Of a stretch of 64,000 nt of DNA, positions 19,334 through 29,436 are shown in pieces. The position numbers and the translations under genes are program-made. The DNA is from an uncultured Collinsella sp. Lineage in GTDB: Bacteria; Actinomycetota; Coriobacteriia; Coriobacteriales; Coriobacteriaceae. Positions within the stretch are counted from its first letter, which is position 1. Every line of letters starts with the position of its first letter. The stretch is taken from the NCBI GenBank assembly GCA_900545485.1, contig UQZD01000005.1, positions 6,464 to 70,463 of the forward strand, in the 5' to 3' direction. A model generated the notes under the pieces. It was not told the DNA's origin. It did not search any database and worked only from the letters and a program-made list of their open reading frames with translations.

Positions 19334-20689
19334 TTAGTAGGCGCGATCGTTGAGCGTGCTCCAGAGCTTCTTGGACTCAGCCATGGTCCACGCGTTGATC
19401 TTTTCCTCATCAATCCCAACGAACTCGCGATCCTTGTACAGGACGCGGCCGTTGATGATGGTGGTGCGGCAGTTTTTGCCCATCATGCCAAAGAGCATGT
19501 GGCCGTCGATATTCTCCTCGCTCAGCGGCGTAAAGGGCTTGTAGTCCATGACGATGACGTCGGCGGCAGCGCCGGCCTCGAGCACACCGAGCTTGCGATC
19601 GAAGTACTTGCTCGCCATCTTGGCGTTGTTCTCGAACAGCATGGTCATGGCCTCGCACCAGCCCACGTTGGGCATGGCGGCGTTGTGGCGCTGAATGATC
19701 AGGAAGACCTTAAGGCTCTCGAGCATATCGTGGGTGTAGGCGTCTGTGCCCATGCACACGGGAATGCCGCGGCGGAAGAACTCGAGCACGGGGGCGCAGC
19801 CCACGGCGTTGCCCATATTAGATTCGGGGTTGTTGACGAGCCAAGTGCCGGACTCCTTGACGATATCCATCTCGGCAGGCGTCACGTGGATGCAGTGGCC
19901 GAGCATGGTGTCGGGACCCAGCAGGTTGTGCTGCAGCAGGCGCTCGACGGGGCTGATACCACCGCGGTTGAGGCGGGAATCCCACACGTCGTTCATGCCC
20001 TCGCACACATGGATGTGGAAGCCGGTCAGGCCGTTGTTGGCCTCGGCCATCTTATCCATGGTCTCGTCCGAAAGTGTAAAGGTGGCATGTCCGCCAAACA
20101 TGGCAGCGATCATGTGGTTGTCGTTGTCGCGACGCTCCTTGGCGGCCCACTGGGCAAATTCGGCGTTCTCGGCAATGGCCTGGTCGCATTTTTCCTGGCC
20201 GCGGCGATCGGAGACCTCGTAGCACAGGCACGAACGCATGCCCAGCTCCTGAGCTGCATCCTTAATGGTAAAGAGGCTTCCCGGGATCTCGCAGAAGCTC
20301 GCGTGGTGGTCGAAGATCGTGGTGACACCATCGCGAATGGAGTCCAGAATCGTGGCATAGGCGCTTGCCTTGGTGCCGTCGAGCGTCAGATTGTCGTCGA
20401 TCTTCCACCACTGCTGCTCGAGATTCTCCAGGAAGTTGGTGGGGTTGCAGCCCTTAATGGCAAGGCCGCGGGCCAGACCCGAGTAGATGTGGGTGTGGCA
20501 GTTGATGAGTCCGGGCATGATGAGGTTGCCCTGGGCATCGACGTACTCGGCATCCGGGTACTTGGCCTTGAGCTCGCACTCGGGACCTACTTCGACGATC
20601 GTATCTCCGTCAATGGCGACCGCACCGTTTGGAATGAACGGGGCCTGAGCATTGCGGGTAAAGACGGAACCGTTAGCGACCAGAAGCAT
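19334..20689 (-). CDS. ssnA: SsnA aminohydrolase
   Basis: PGLINCHTHIYSGLARG, TTIFDHHAS, NPESNMGNAVG, GTDAYT; adjacent to ygfK. Confidence 0.9.
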   Translation of the reverse strand: MLLVANGSVFTRNAQAPFIPNGAVAIDGDTIVEVGPECELKAKYPDAEYVDAQGNLIMPGLINCHTHIYSGLARGLAIKGCNPTNFLENLEQQWWKIDDNLTLDGTKASAYATILDSIRDGVTTIFDHHASFCEIPGSLFTIKDAAQELGMRSCLCYEVSDRRGQEKCDQAIAENAEFAQWAAKERRDNDNHMIAAMFGGHATFTLSDETMDKMAEANNGLTGFHIHVCEGMNDVWDSRLNRGGISPVERLLQHNLLGPDTMLGHCIHVTPAEMDIVKESGTWLVNNPESNMGNAVGCAPVLEFFRRGIPVCMGTDAYTHDMLESLKVFLIIQRHNAAMPNVGWCEAMTMLFENNAKMASKYFDRKLGVLEAGAAADVIVMDYKPFTPLSEENIDGHMLFGMMGKNCRTTIINGRVLYKDREFVGIDEEKINAWTMAESKKLWSTLNDRAY

Positions 20690-20884
20690 AAATGCTCCCT
20701 TCAACATCAGGGGCGGGGTTTGACACCTCTGACATGGCGGAGTGCGAAGCGCCGGCCTACACCGGAAACGGGCCCTCTCCCGTCAACGCTTCACCAAAGG
20801 GACAAACCCTTTGAAGTGCGGCTTGGCACCGCATGACGTCGGCGGACGAGGCGATGCGCCCGCCGACGAATAGCACCGAATTGG

Positions 20885-22279
20885 TTACTTCTTGCTCTCG
20901 GGCAAGACCAGATCCACGGCAGCGTCCTTGGCAGCATCGATGTGCTGAGCCACGACCGGCGTCTGCGGAAGGATCAGGTTAAGGACAATGGCCATGATGG
21001 CGGTGGGGGTTACGGCATTGGAGCCGATGACGGTGGGCACCCAGGTGGGCATACCCTCACCGGCAAGGCAACCGCTGGCCATCCAGATACCCAGGCCAAA
21101 GACGACGGAGGTACCGACGATGGTGGTGGTGCGCTGCGTGAGGCCCTCGCGGGTGAACATGCGCACGCCGTTCATGGTGATGGTGCCAAAGACGCCGACG
21201 GTCGCGCCGCCGATGACGGGCTGCGGGATAGCGGAAAGGACGGCAGAGAGCTGCGGGAACAGACCGGCGATGGCAAAGACGGCCGCAATGATCACAAAGA
21301 CCCACTTGTTGACGACCTTGTTGGAGCAGATGATGCCCACGTTCTGGCCAAGGGCGCTGGTGGGAAGACCGCCCAGCAGACCGCCGACCATAGAGGTGAG
21401 GCCCTGGGACACGATAGCGCCGGAGAGCTCGCGCTCGGTGGGCATACGGTCGATGGAGCCCAGGCAGGCGGCGGAGACGTCACCGATAACCTGGATGGCA
21501 ACCATGGGGAACACGACGGCGAGGGTAATGCAGACCTCGGGATCAAACTCGAGCGCGTAGGGCATGAGCTTGGGAAGAGCGAAGACCTGAGCGGTGGCGA
21601 CGCTGGAGAAGTCGATCATGCCAAAGGGGATGGAGACGATCATGCCAACGATCATGCCAAAGAACACGGATCCCAGCTTGAGCGTGCCCTTGCCAAAGTT
21701 GGCGAGCGCAAAGACCACGGCGAAGGTGATAAGAGCGACGCACCAGGCCTGCGGGGTGCCCCACAGCGGCGTACCCATACCGCCGGCCATATACTTGACG
21801 GCCGTGGGATACAGCGAAACGCCGATGGAGAAGATGACCGTACCGGTCACGACGGGCGGGAACAGCCACTTGATCTTGCTGTAGGCCAGACCAAAGAGGA
21901 CCGCGACGGCGCCGCCGACGATCTCGCCACCCAGCAGCGCACCAAAGCTAAAGCCCGAGGCACCCATGGCCTGCAGGGCCGGCAGGAACGCGAACGAAAC
22001 GCCCATGACGATGGGCAGGCCGCCGCCGATGCGACGGAAGGGAGCGAAGGCCTGAAGGGCCGTGTCGATCGCCGAAAGAATGAGCGCGACCTGGATGATG
22101 TCGGTACTCTGCTGGCTATTAAAGCCGTAGACGCCGGCCATGATGACCGCCGGGGTAATGATGCCGGCAAACGATGCCAGTACGTGCTGAAGGGCACACG
22201 GGATCATTTCCTTAACGGGAGGCATGCCTTCGCGAGTGAACAGGGCTTCAGTGCCGTTCGTAACCGTCTCCTGGGTCAT
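20885..22279 (-). CDS. NCS2 xanthine/uracil/urate permease
   Basis: QH motif in TM1, LPIVMGVSFAF, signature GQNVGII; multiple TM helices. Confidence 0.9.
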   Translation of the reverse strand: MTQETVTNGTEALFTREGMPPVKEMIPCALQHVLASFAGIITPAVIMAGVYGFNSQQSTDIIQVALILSAIDTALQAFAPFRRIGGGLPIVMGVSFAFLPALQAMGASGFSFGALLGGEIVGGAVAVLFGLAYSKIKWLFPPVVTGTVIFSIGVSLYPTAVKYMAGGMGTPLWGTPQAWCVALITFAVVFALANFGKGTLKLGSVFFGMIVGMIVSIPFGMIDFSSVATAQVFALPKLMPYALEFDPEVCITLAVVFPMVAIQVIGDVSAACLGSIDRMPTERELSGAIVSQGLTSMVGGLLGGLPTSALGQNVGIICSNKVVNKWVFVIIAAVFAIAGLFPQLSAVLSAIPQPVIGGATVGVFGTITMNGVRMFTREGLTQRTTTIVGTSVVFGLGIWMASGCLAGEGMPTWVPTVIGSNAVTPTAIMAIVLNLILPQTPVVAQHIDAAKDAAVDLVLPESKK

Positions 22280-22497
22280 TTGACCACCAATCCTCGAAGT
22301 AGTTGTTTTCGCATCTGACGCTCTATTGTGACGCAGTGCGGGGTTGAGGTTGTGCCTTCATTGCATATCGTATTAAAGATGATTCTCATTCTCAATAATA
22401 ATTTTTTGTTATCAGACCATTCTTCAGCTGAAATAACGCATTTCCGCAGGTCAGGAAAGTGTCTGGTCAAAATAACATCTAACTTTTCTTTTGGTCA

Positions 22498-22528
22498 ACC
22501 GTTTACCGCTAAATTCCTACCGTTCGTC
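22498..22528 (+). promoter_or_regulatory. LytTR-type 10-11-10 direct repeat
   Basis: ACCGTTTACC-N11-ACCGTTCGTC about 100 bp upstream of the YheO gene. Confidence 0.4.
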
Positions 22529-22631
22529 TGCATTACGCAATGTACCTGCGGATATACGAGATGGTGGACAGCGTGTTACCATGAGAAAAAATTGTTATGA
22601 ACATTTCCGATTTCACCCCAAGGAGTTGCCC

Positions 22632-23288
22632 GTGAACGAGACCGTACGTCGCTTTTTGCCGATGGTCGATTTCCTGGAGCAGATACTCGGTAAGAACAGC
22701 GAAATCGTGCTGCACGATTTCTCGGATCCCGACCACGCCATCGTCGATATTCGCAACGGCATCGTGAGCGGCCGCAAGGTCGGCGGCCCCGCCACCGATC
22801 TGGCACTCAAGATCATGCACGACGCCAAGTATCGCGACCTGCCGTTTATTACGGGCTACGAGGGGCGCGGTGCCGGTGGCAAGACGCTGGAGTCGGCGAC
22901 GTACTTTATCCGCGAGAATGACGAGATCGTCGGTATGCTCTGCGTCAACACCGACCTCTCGACCGTGCGCTCCATCAACGCCATGGCGCAGCAGCTCATG
23001 GCATGCTTCGACGCGGCGCCGACGCGCACGGAGCCCGCCCCTATCGAGGTCGAAAGCCTTTCGGAGTCTACACAGGAGCTCATCGACCGCAGCATTGCCG
23101 AGTTGCTGAGCGCGCGCGGGCTGGATGTAGCGTCGCTTGGTCAGAGCGACCGCGTGGACGTCATTCGCCACCTCAACGGTAACGGGGTGTTCATGCTCAA
23201 GGGCGCCGTGGCCTGCGCCGCCGCCGCGCTGGGCATCTCTGAGCCCAGCGTCTACCGCTACCTGCAAAAAGTCCGCAAGGAAGGCTAA
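22632..23288 (+). CDS. YheO/DauR-family transcriptional regulator (paralog of 102-755)
   Basis: EIVLHDF...IRNGIVSGRKVGGPATD; GVFMLKGAV...LGISEPSVYRYL; AAGGAG RBS + GTG. Confidence 0.9.
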   Translation: MNETVRRFLPMVDFLEQILGKNSEIVLHDFSDPDHAIVDIRNGIVSGRKVGGPATDLALKIMHDAKYRDLPFITGYEGRGAGGKTLESATYFIRENDEIVGMLCVNTDLSTVRSINAMAQQLMACFDAAPTRTEPAPIEVESLSESTQELIDRSIAELLSARGLDVASLGQSDRVDVIRHLNGNGVFMLKGAVACAAAALGISEPSVYRYLQKVRKEG

Positions 23289-23332
23289 CGAGCAAAATGG
23301 AGTGCGGCTCCACAAGCGATCCGTCACTTGAT

Positions 23333-23371
23333 AAAAGACCCTGCAGCTCGCACGCGCTGCAGGGTCTTTTT
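23333..23371. terminator. bidirectional intrinsic terminator
   Basis: AAAAGACCCTGCAGC...GCTGCAGGGTCTTTT between convergent genes. Confidence 0.8.
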
Positions 23372-23400
23372 GCATGTCATGTTTAGTTGTGGCCAACGCC

Positions 23401-23778
23401 TTAGAGAGCGGCAACGACCTCGATCTCGACCAGACCGCCAGCCGGAAGGGCGGCAACCTGGAAGGCGCTGCGCGCGGGGAACGGGGCCTCAAACTTGGAG
23501 GCGTAGATCTCGTTCACGGCGGCGAAGTCGGCGATGTCGGCCAGGTAGACCGTGGTCTTGACGACATCGGCAAAGGTAGCGCCGGCAGCGGTCAGCAGGG
23601 CCTCGACGTTGGCGAGGGACTGCTTGGCCTGGGCCTCGACGCCCTCGGGCATCTTGCCGGTCGCGGGATCGATGCCCAGCTGGCCGGACAGGAACACCAT
23701 GTTGCCGGCCTGGATACCGGGGGAATACGGGCCGATGGCTGCGGGTGCGTTATCGGAAGACACGACGGTCTTGCTCAT
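23401..23778 (-). CDS. ridA: RidA family reactive intermediate deaminase
   Basis: APAAIGPYS, SGQLGIDP, PARSAFQVAALP, VEIE. Confidence 0.92.
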   Translation of the reverse strand: MSKTVVSSDNAPAAIGPYSPGIQAGNMVFLSGQLGIDPATGKMPEGVEAQAKQSLANVEALLTAAGATFADVVKTTVYLADIADFAAVNEIYASKFEAPFPARSAFQVAALPAGGLVEIEVVAAL

Positions 23779-24078
23779 GTTTTTCTCCTTACGATCAATT
23801 GAGAGAGCGTGAGCGCGGTGTTCACACCGGGAGGCACAGTTCGGTCTGAACACCGCGCTTGATTGGGATAGTACTCAAGGTTTCTGTTTGATGCAAGAAT
23901 ATTATCAGCTTGCGAGAATATTTTATCGCCCAACGGTTTCCCCGAACCGCTGAACGGTTCTCATGTGGAGCAGCCAGTCCAAGCTGCTGAAGACTTTGTC
24001 CTGCTTAGGCTGCGGGCGTCGCCCACCGCAGCGACGCCACTATACTTTTGAATATCTGAGCATTTTGAAAGGCAGGAT

Positions 24079-26571
24079 ATGACCGCAACCGCCAGCCGAA
24101 CCACTAACCGCAGGCCCGAGCTTTTGGCCCCCGCCGGAGGCCCGGAGCCCTTTGCCGCCGCGCTCGCCGCCGGGGCAGACGCCATCTACTGCGGCATGGG
24201 CAGCTTCAACGCCCGCCGCAAGGCAACCAACTTTACCGACGAGGCCTTTGAGCAAGCCTGCCGCGCCGCGCATCTAGCCGGGTCGCGCGTCTACGTCACG
24301 GTCAACATCGTCATCAAGCAGTCCGAGATGGGCGATGCACTGCAGCTCATTCATCGCTGCTCCACGCTGGGCGCCGATGCCTTCATTATCCAGGACTGGG
24401 GTCTGTTCTTTGAGTCCAAGCGCACCATGCCCGGCATCGAGACACATATCTCGACCCAGGCGAACATCCACGACGACCGCGGAACCCTTTGGTGCCGTGA
24501 GCAGGGCGCCGACCGCGTGACTCTCTCGCGCGAGCTCTCCATCGACGAAATCGCCGCCATTCACGACGCCGCGCCCGATGTGGACCTTGAAGTCTTTAGC
24601 CACGGTGCCATCTGCTTTTGCTACTCGGGCCTGTGCCTGCTGTCGAGCTTTGCCATGGCGGGACGATCGGCCAACCGCGGCATGTGCGCCCAGCCCTGCC
24701 GCCTGCCCTACGAGTTGATCGACGAGAACGGTCGCGCGCTCTCCCCTGCCGGTCGCGAGCGCGCGCTGTGCCCGCGTGACACCAACACCTCACAGCTTGT
24801 TCGCCGTCTGTATGACGCCGGCGCCGCATCGCTCAAGCTCGAGGGCCGCATGAAGGCACCCGATTACGTGTACTCCATCGTTGATGTGTATCGTCACGAA
24901 ATTGACGACATGCTATCCGGAGCCGCCGTTGCCAAGGACGAGGAAGCCGCCCGCCGGCGCCAGCTCAAGCGCTGCTTCAACCGCGACTTTACGCACGCCT
25001 ATCAGGACGGCACCTCGGGCGACGAGATGATGAGCTATGAGCGTTCCAACAACCGCGGCCAGATCGTGGGCACGGTGCTGGGCAGCCGCCCGGCCAACCG
25101 CGATGTGCGCGGCCTCAAGTCCGACGACCGCCGTCGCCGCGCCGCCATCGCCCGCATTGAGCTGTTTGAGCCCGTGGGCAAAGGCGACCTGCTGGAGCTT
25201 CGCCACGATAACGAGTTTGACCAGTTCCTGACCACCATTGCCGCCGATGATGCCGCCGCCGGTGACATCATTGAGTGCCGCGTGCCCCGTAGCATGCCCG
25301 AGGGCTGCCGCGTGCGCGTGATTCGAAGCCAGAGCGCCATTGACGCCGCCGGCGCCGCGCTCAAGCGCGATGTGCTGCGCCGCCGAGCTGTTGACGTGTC
25401 CGTCGTGGCGCGCCTGGGCGAGCCGTTTACTGTCACACTCACCTGCTGTGACAACCCCGCGCTCACCGCCACCGCCACGGGCTTCACCGTCGAGGCCGCC
25501 AAGACCCGCGCCGTCGAGGCATCCGATCTGGTTGAGCACGTCGGGCGCATGGGCTCCTCTCCCTTTGAGGCCGCGAGCTTTGATGTGGCGCTCGATGAGG
25601 GCTGCGGCATGGGCTTCTCCGCCGTGCACAAGGTGCGCGCCGCCGCTTGTAAGGCGCTGGAAGAGGCCATTCTGGCACCGTACGAGGAGCGCGCAAAAAC
25701 GCTCGAGTTGCCGGTGCTCGACAAATGTACGCGCCCCATGCCCAAGCACTACCGCGACGAGCCGCAGATCTGCGCCACCGTCACCTCGCTCGAGGCCGCC
25801 GAGGCAGCCCGCGCGGAGGGTGCAACGCGCATCTATATGACCACCGACGCGCTCGAGGCTGTCGGACTCTCCCCTGCCGATGCATTTGAGCAGGGTATCG
25901 TGCCCGTACTCGACGAGGTCTGCCGCGCCGTCGACCACGAGCGCGTCGATCCTTGGATCAATGCCGGAGCCACCCTCGCCGTCGGCAATATCTCCGAGCT
26001 CGCCGTAGCCGCTCATGCCGGCGCCACGGCCGAGATTCGCTCTTGCCTGCCGGTGCATAACACGCCCTGCATGGAGGCACTTGCCGAGCGCGGAGCCGGT
26101 GCGTTTTGGCTCTCGCCCGAGATCACGCTCGACGAGATCGTCTCGCTTGGCACCGCCGCGCCCGCAGCCCTGGGCATCACTGTGTTCGGCCGCCCGCGCG
26201 TTATGACGAGTGAGCACTGCATCCTGCAGGTGGCCAATGGCTGCATCCACGATTGCGCTAACTGCCGCCTGCGCGCCCGCAAGCTGTCACTCAAGAATAT
26301 CGACGGCAAGGTCATGCCCGTACGCACCGACATCCATGGCCGCTCTCGCCTGTACGACGCCTACCCCATCGACCTCACGCCGCAGGTTCCTCAGCTGCTC
26401 GATGCCGGCGTGCGTCGTCTCATGGTAGACGGAACGCTGCTCGAGACAGATGAGGTGGGCCGTGCCGTCGCCCGCGTCCGTCGTGCCGTCGAAGCAGCAC
26501 AGGCCGGCCGCAAGCCCGCCGCCCGCCTGCGCGGCGCCACCTCGGGCTGCATGTTTGTGGGAATTAGCTAA
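24079..26571 (+). CDS. U32 family protein (RlhA-like RNA hydroxylase)
   Basis: PELLAPAG, HISTQ, HGAICFCYSGLC, RSANRGMCAQPCR, LKLEGRMK. Confidence 0.88.
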   Translation: MTATASRTTNRRPELLAPAGGPEPFAAALAAGADAIYCGMGSFNARRKATNFTDEAFEQACRAAHLAGSRVYVTVNIVIKQSEMGDALQLIHRCSTLGADAFIIQDWGLFFESKRTMPGIETHISTQANIHDDRGTLWCREQGADRVTLSRELSIDEIAAIHDAAPDVDLEVFSHGAICFCYSGLCLLSSFAMAGRSANRGMCAQPCRLPYELIDENGRALSPAGRERALCPRDTNTSQLVRRLYDAGAASLKLEGRMKAPDYVYSIVDVYRHEIDDMLSGAAVAKDEEAARRRQLKRCFNRDFTHAYQDGTSGDEMMSYERSNNRGQIVGTVLGSRPANRDVRGLKSDDRRRRAAIARIELFEPVGKGDLLELRHDNEFDQFLTTIAADDAAAGDIIECRVPRSMPEGCRVRVIRSQSAIDAAGAALKRDVLRRRAVDVSVVARLGEPFTVTLTCCDNPALTATATGFTVEAAKTRAVEASDLVEHVGRMGSSPFEAASFDVALDEGCGMGFSAVHKVRAAACKALEEAILAPYEERAKTLELPVLDKCTRPMPKHYRDEPQICATVTSLEAAEAARAEGATRIYMTTDALEAVGLSPADAFEQGIVPVLDEVCRAVDHERVDPWINAGATLAVGNISELAVAAHAGATAEIRSCLPVHNTPCMEALAERGAGAFWLSPEITLDEIVSLGTAAPAALGITVFGRPRVMTSEHCILQVANGCIHDCANCRLRARKLSLKNIDGKVMPVRTDIHGRSRLYDAYPIDLTPQVPQLLDAGVRRLMVDGTLLETDEVGRAVARVRRAVEAAQAGRKPAARLRGATSGCMFVGIS

Positions 26572-26586
26572 CCGAAAGGCTTACAC

Positions 26587-27246
26587 GTGAACGAAGAACC
26601 TCAAGTCCTTTACTGCGACGCCTGGCTCATGGCCATCGACAAGCCCGCCGGCATGATCGTCCACGGCGACGGCACCGGCGAGCGCACGCTCACCGACTAC
26701 GCCAGCGACCTGCTGCTGGCGATGGGTGACGGCTTTGCCGCGACCGACATGCAGCCGCTCAACCGCCTGGACCGCAACACCACCGGCGTGGTGTTGTTTT
26801 CGCTCGACAAACAGACGCAGCCCGCCTTTGACCAAATGGTCATCGACCACGCCTTCGAAAAGCACTATCTGGCGCTGGCCGAGGGCAAGATCGACTGGAA
26901 CAAGAAGCTCATCGACAAGCCCATCGCCCGCGACCGTCACGACAGCCGAAAGATGCGCGTCGGCGCCAGCGGCAAGCCGTCTCAAACTCGCGTGAAGGTG
27001 CTCAAACGTCTTAAGAGCCGTCGTGGCCTGCCCGCGCGCTCGTATATCGATGTCGAGTTGCTCACCGGCCGCAAGCACCAAATCCGTGTGCACCTGGCAA
27101 GCGAGCATCATCCCCTGGTTGGCGACGACCTGTACGGAACGCCGCGCCCCTGCGGCCTGATGCTCCACGCCCACAGCGTGTCCTTCACGCATCCCGTAAC
27201 CGGCGAGCACATCCACATCGAAGCCCCCTGCCCCTGGGAGCCCTAA
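26587..27246 (+). CDS. RluA family pseudouridine synthase
   Basis: DKPAGMIVH, NRLDRNTTG, TGRKHQIRVH, GDDLYG, LHA. Confidence 0.92.
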   Translation: MNEEPQVLYCDAWLMAIDKPAGMIVHGDGTGERTLTDYASDLLLAMGDGFAATDMQPLNRLDRNTTGVVLFSLDKQTQPAFDQMVIDHAFEKHYLALAEGKIDWNKKLIDKPIARDRHDSRKMRVGASGKPSQTRVKVLKRLKSRRGLPARSYIDVELLTGRKHQIRVHLASEHHPLVGDDLYGTPRPCGLMLHAHSVSFTHPVTGEHIHIEAPCPWEP

Positions 27247-27285
27247 ACCACCACAATGGGGACAGGCACCTTTGTGGTGGTTTTG
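27246..27285. repeat. 40-bp hairpin repeat, identical copy at 29378-29417
   Basis: AACCACCACAATGGGGACAGGCACCTTTGTGGTGGTTTTG. Confidence 0.85.
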
Positions 27286-27315
27286 CCGCAATGGTTCAAC
27301 CGCGGTCCCAAAATG

Positions 27316-27610
27316 TCTCGATCTGTAACAGTTAGAACCCATTTTCCGGTCTATCTGTTACAGATCGAGACATTCGAATCCCCCTCAAGGGAAAATCTCA
27401 ATCTGTAACAACAACTCGGCAAAATCGGCCCAAGATGTTACAGATTGAGATATTCGGATCCCACCGGAGAAATCATCTCGATCTGTAACATCTGGAGCCC
27501 GCATTTTGACCTTCCTGTTACAGATTGAGACGTTATGGGACCACCAGGAAAAATATCTCAGCTTGTAACATCTGGAACCCATATCCCTCTCTTCCTGTTA
27601 CAGATCGAGA
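27316..27610. repeat. four-unit 80-bp palindromic array
   Basis: TCTCRATCTGTAACA-N25-TGTTACAGATYGAGA-N25; units at 27316, 27396, 27476 and 27556. Confidence 0.9.
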
Positions 27611-27690
27611 CAAATCCCCAAACAGCAAAAGGCGGCAACGTCCCTGATGGACGTTGCCCCCTTTCCATTGGCAAGACCCTTCCGCTCCCG

Positions 27691-29181
27691 CTACTCGGTA
27701 GCCTTGTCGAGAGGCTTCTTAAGGAAGCTCAGAACCAAGCAGCCGACCACAGCGCCGATAGCAAGGGCCAACAGGTACTGCACCGGGTTCGTGATGACCG
27801 CGATAACCCAGGCGCCACCGTGCGGAGCGGGGCTCGCGCAACCAAAGAGCATCGAAAGACCGCCGGCGGTCGCAGATCCCAGGATGCAGGCGGGCAACAC
27901 GCGAAGCGGATCGGCCGCGGCAAAGGGAATGGCACCCTCGGTGATAAACGACAGACCCATGATGTAGTTCACCAGGCCTGCCTTGCGATCGGCCTCGGTC
28001 CAGCGGTTCTTAAAGAACGTCGTGGAGAGCGCGATGACCATCGGCGGTACCATACCGCCCGCCATGACGGCAGCCATGATCATATTGCCCTGCAGCGTTT
28101 GCTCGGCAAGGGCCGCGGTGCCAAAGACATATGCGGCCTTGTTGATGGGACCACCCATGTCGGTCGCCTGCATACCGGCGCAGATAATGCCCAAAAGAAC
28201 GATGCTCGTGCCCGAAAGACCGTTGAGCGCGCCGCTAATGGCGGTGTTGATAACGCCCATAATCGGGTTAACGGCCATCATAAAGAGACTCGTAAAGAGA
28301 ATGCCCAGCACGGGGTAGATGAGCATGGGCTTGATACCGTCGAGCGACTCGGGTAGCACGCTTGCAGCCTTCTTGAGCGCATTGACGATAATGCCGGCGG
28401 CAAAACCGACCAGCAGCGCGCCCAAAAAGCCAGCAGAGACAAGCTGAGCCTGGGCGTCGGCATCCATTGCCGTGGTGAGATAGCCCAACGTAAAGCCCTG
28501 CTTTGCAATCCAGCCACCCACAAAGCCCGCGGCCAAGCCCGGACGGTCAGCAATGGACATGGCAATATAGCCCGCAAGGATGGGGAGCATAAAGTTGAAC
28601 GCCTGGTTGCCCGCAAGGTTAAAGAAGGCCGCGACCGGAGTGCTGTGGCCGTATGCGCTCGTGCCCAGCCCCGCCTGGTCCAGCAAGAACGAAAGCGCCA
28701 TGAGGATGCCGCCGCCAACAACAAAGGGGAGCATGTGCGAAACGCCGTTCATCAGGTCCTTATAGACCCTGCGGCCCAAACCCTCGGATTCGCCCTCGGC
28801 AGCCGCCTGTACCGCGGCGCCGCCGGACACATGATGAATAGGCGCATTGCCCGCAAGCGCAATATTGATAAGTTCCTCGGCGTCATTAATGCCACGCGTC
28901 ACCGCACAGGAGTAAACCGGCTTGCCATCGAAGCGATCGAGCTCGACATTTTTATCCGCCGCAATGATGACACCCTTGGCACCAGCGATGTCTGCCGCGG
29001 TCAGTACATTTTTAGCGCCGCCCGAACCCTGAGTCTCGACCTTAATGCTCACGCCCATCTTGGCTGCCTGGTCTTCCAACCCTTTGGCCGCCATAAATGT
29101 GTGAGCAATGCCCGTTGGACATGCCGTGATGGCAACGACATCGTAAGTGCCGCCCCCCACCTTCTCGTTTGCAGCTGACAT
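27691..29181 (-). CDS. PTS fructose-family EIIBC
   Basis: AITACPTGIAHTFMA, KVETQGS, LMNGVSHMLPFVV, DMGGPINK, ITEGAIPFAA. Confidence 0.92.
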   Translation of the reverse strand: MSAANEKVGGGTYDVVAITACPTGIAHTFMAAKGLEDQAAKMGVSIKVETQGSGGAKNVLTAADIAGAKGVIIAADKNVELDRFDGKPVYSCAVTRGINDAEELINIALAGNAPIHHVSGGAAVQAAAEGESEGLGRRVYKDLMNGVSHMLPFVVGGGILMALSFLLDQAGLGTSAYGHSTPVAAFFNLAGNQAFNFMLPILAGYIAMSIADRPGLAAGFVGGWIAKQGFTLGYLTTAMDADAQAQLVSAGFLGALLVGFAAGIIVNALKKAASVLPESLDGIKPMLIYPVLGILFTSLFMMAVNPIMGVINTAISGALNGLSGTSIVLLGIICAGMQATDMGGPINKAAYVFGTAALAEQTLQGNMIMAAVMAGGMVPPMVIALSTTFFKNRWTEADRKAGLVNYIMGLSFITEGAIPFAAADPLRVLPACILGSATAGGLSMLFGCASPAPHGGAWVIAVITNPVQYLLALAIGAVVGCLVLSFLKKPLDKATE

Positions 29182-29377
29182 GTTTCCTCCTTTTGCACAA
29201 GCAGGCCCAGCCCTCCCCTTCTGAGGGTCACAACCTGCGTATTACCTTGTGTTTGAGTGATTGATAGCGCCGAAGTGACGGCGCTTTTAAGCGATATCTA
29301 TACGATGGCCCCGGCGGGCATGATCACGTCGTATGGAAACAGGGGTACTGGGAAATCATGCCCGACGGGGCCATCGG

Positions 29378-29417
29378 AACCACCACAATGGGGACAGGCA
29401 CCTTTGTGGTGGTTTTG
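29378..29417. repeat. 40-bp hairpin repeat, copy of 27246-27285
   Basis: Identical sequence directly downstream of the DeoR gene. Confidence 0.85.
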
Positions 29418-29436
29418 GCCTTACTTCGCCCCGTTG

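Noticed and set aside
22375..22393. Fur-box-like AAAGATGATTCTCATTCTC upstream of the purine permease
   Set aside because: Several mismatches in an AT-rich region; not supportable without a genome-specific matrix
27316..27610. CRISPR array
   Set aside because: Repeats are only 15 nt and alternate in orientation; no leader or cas genes
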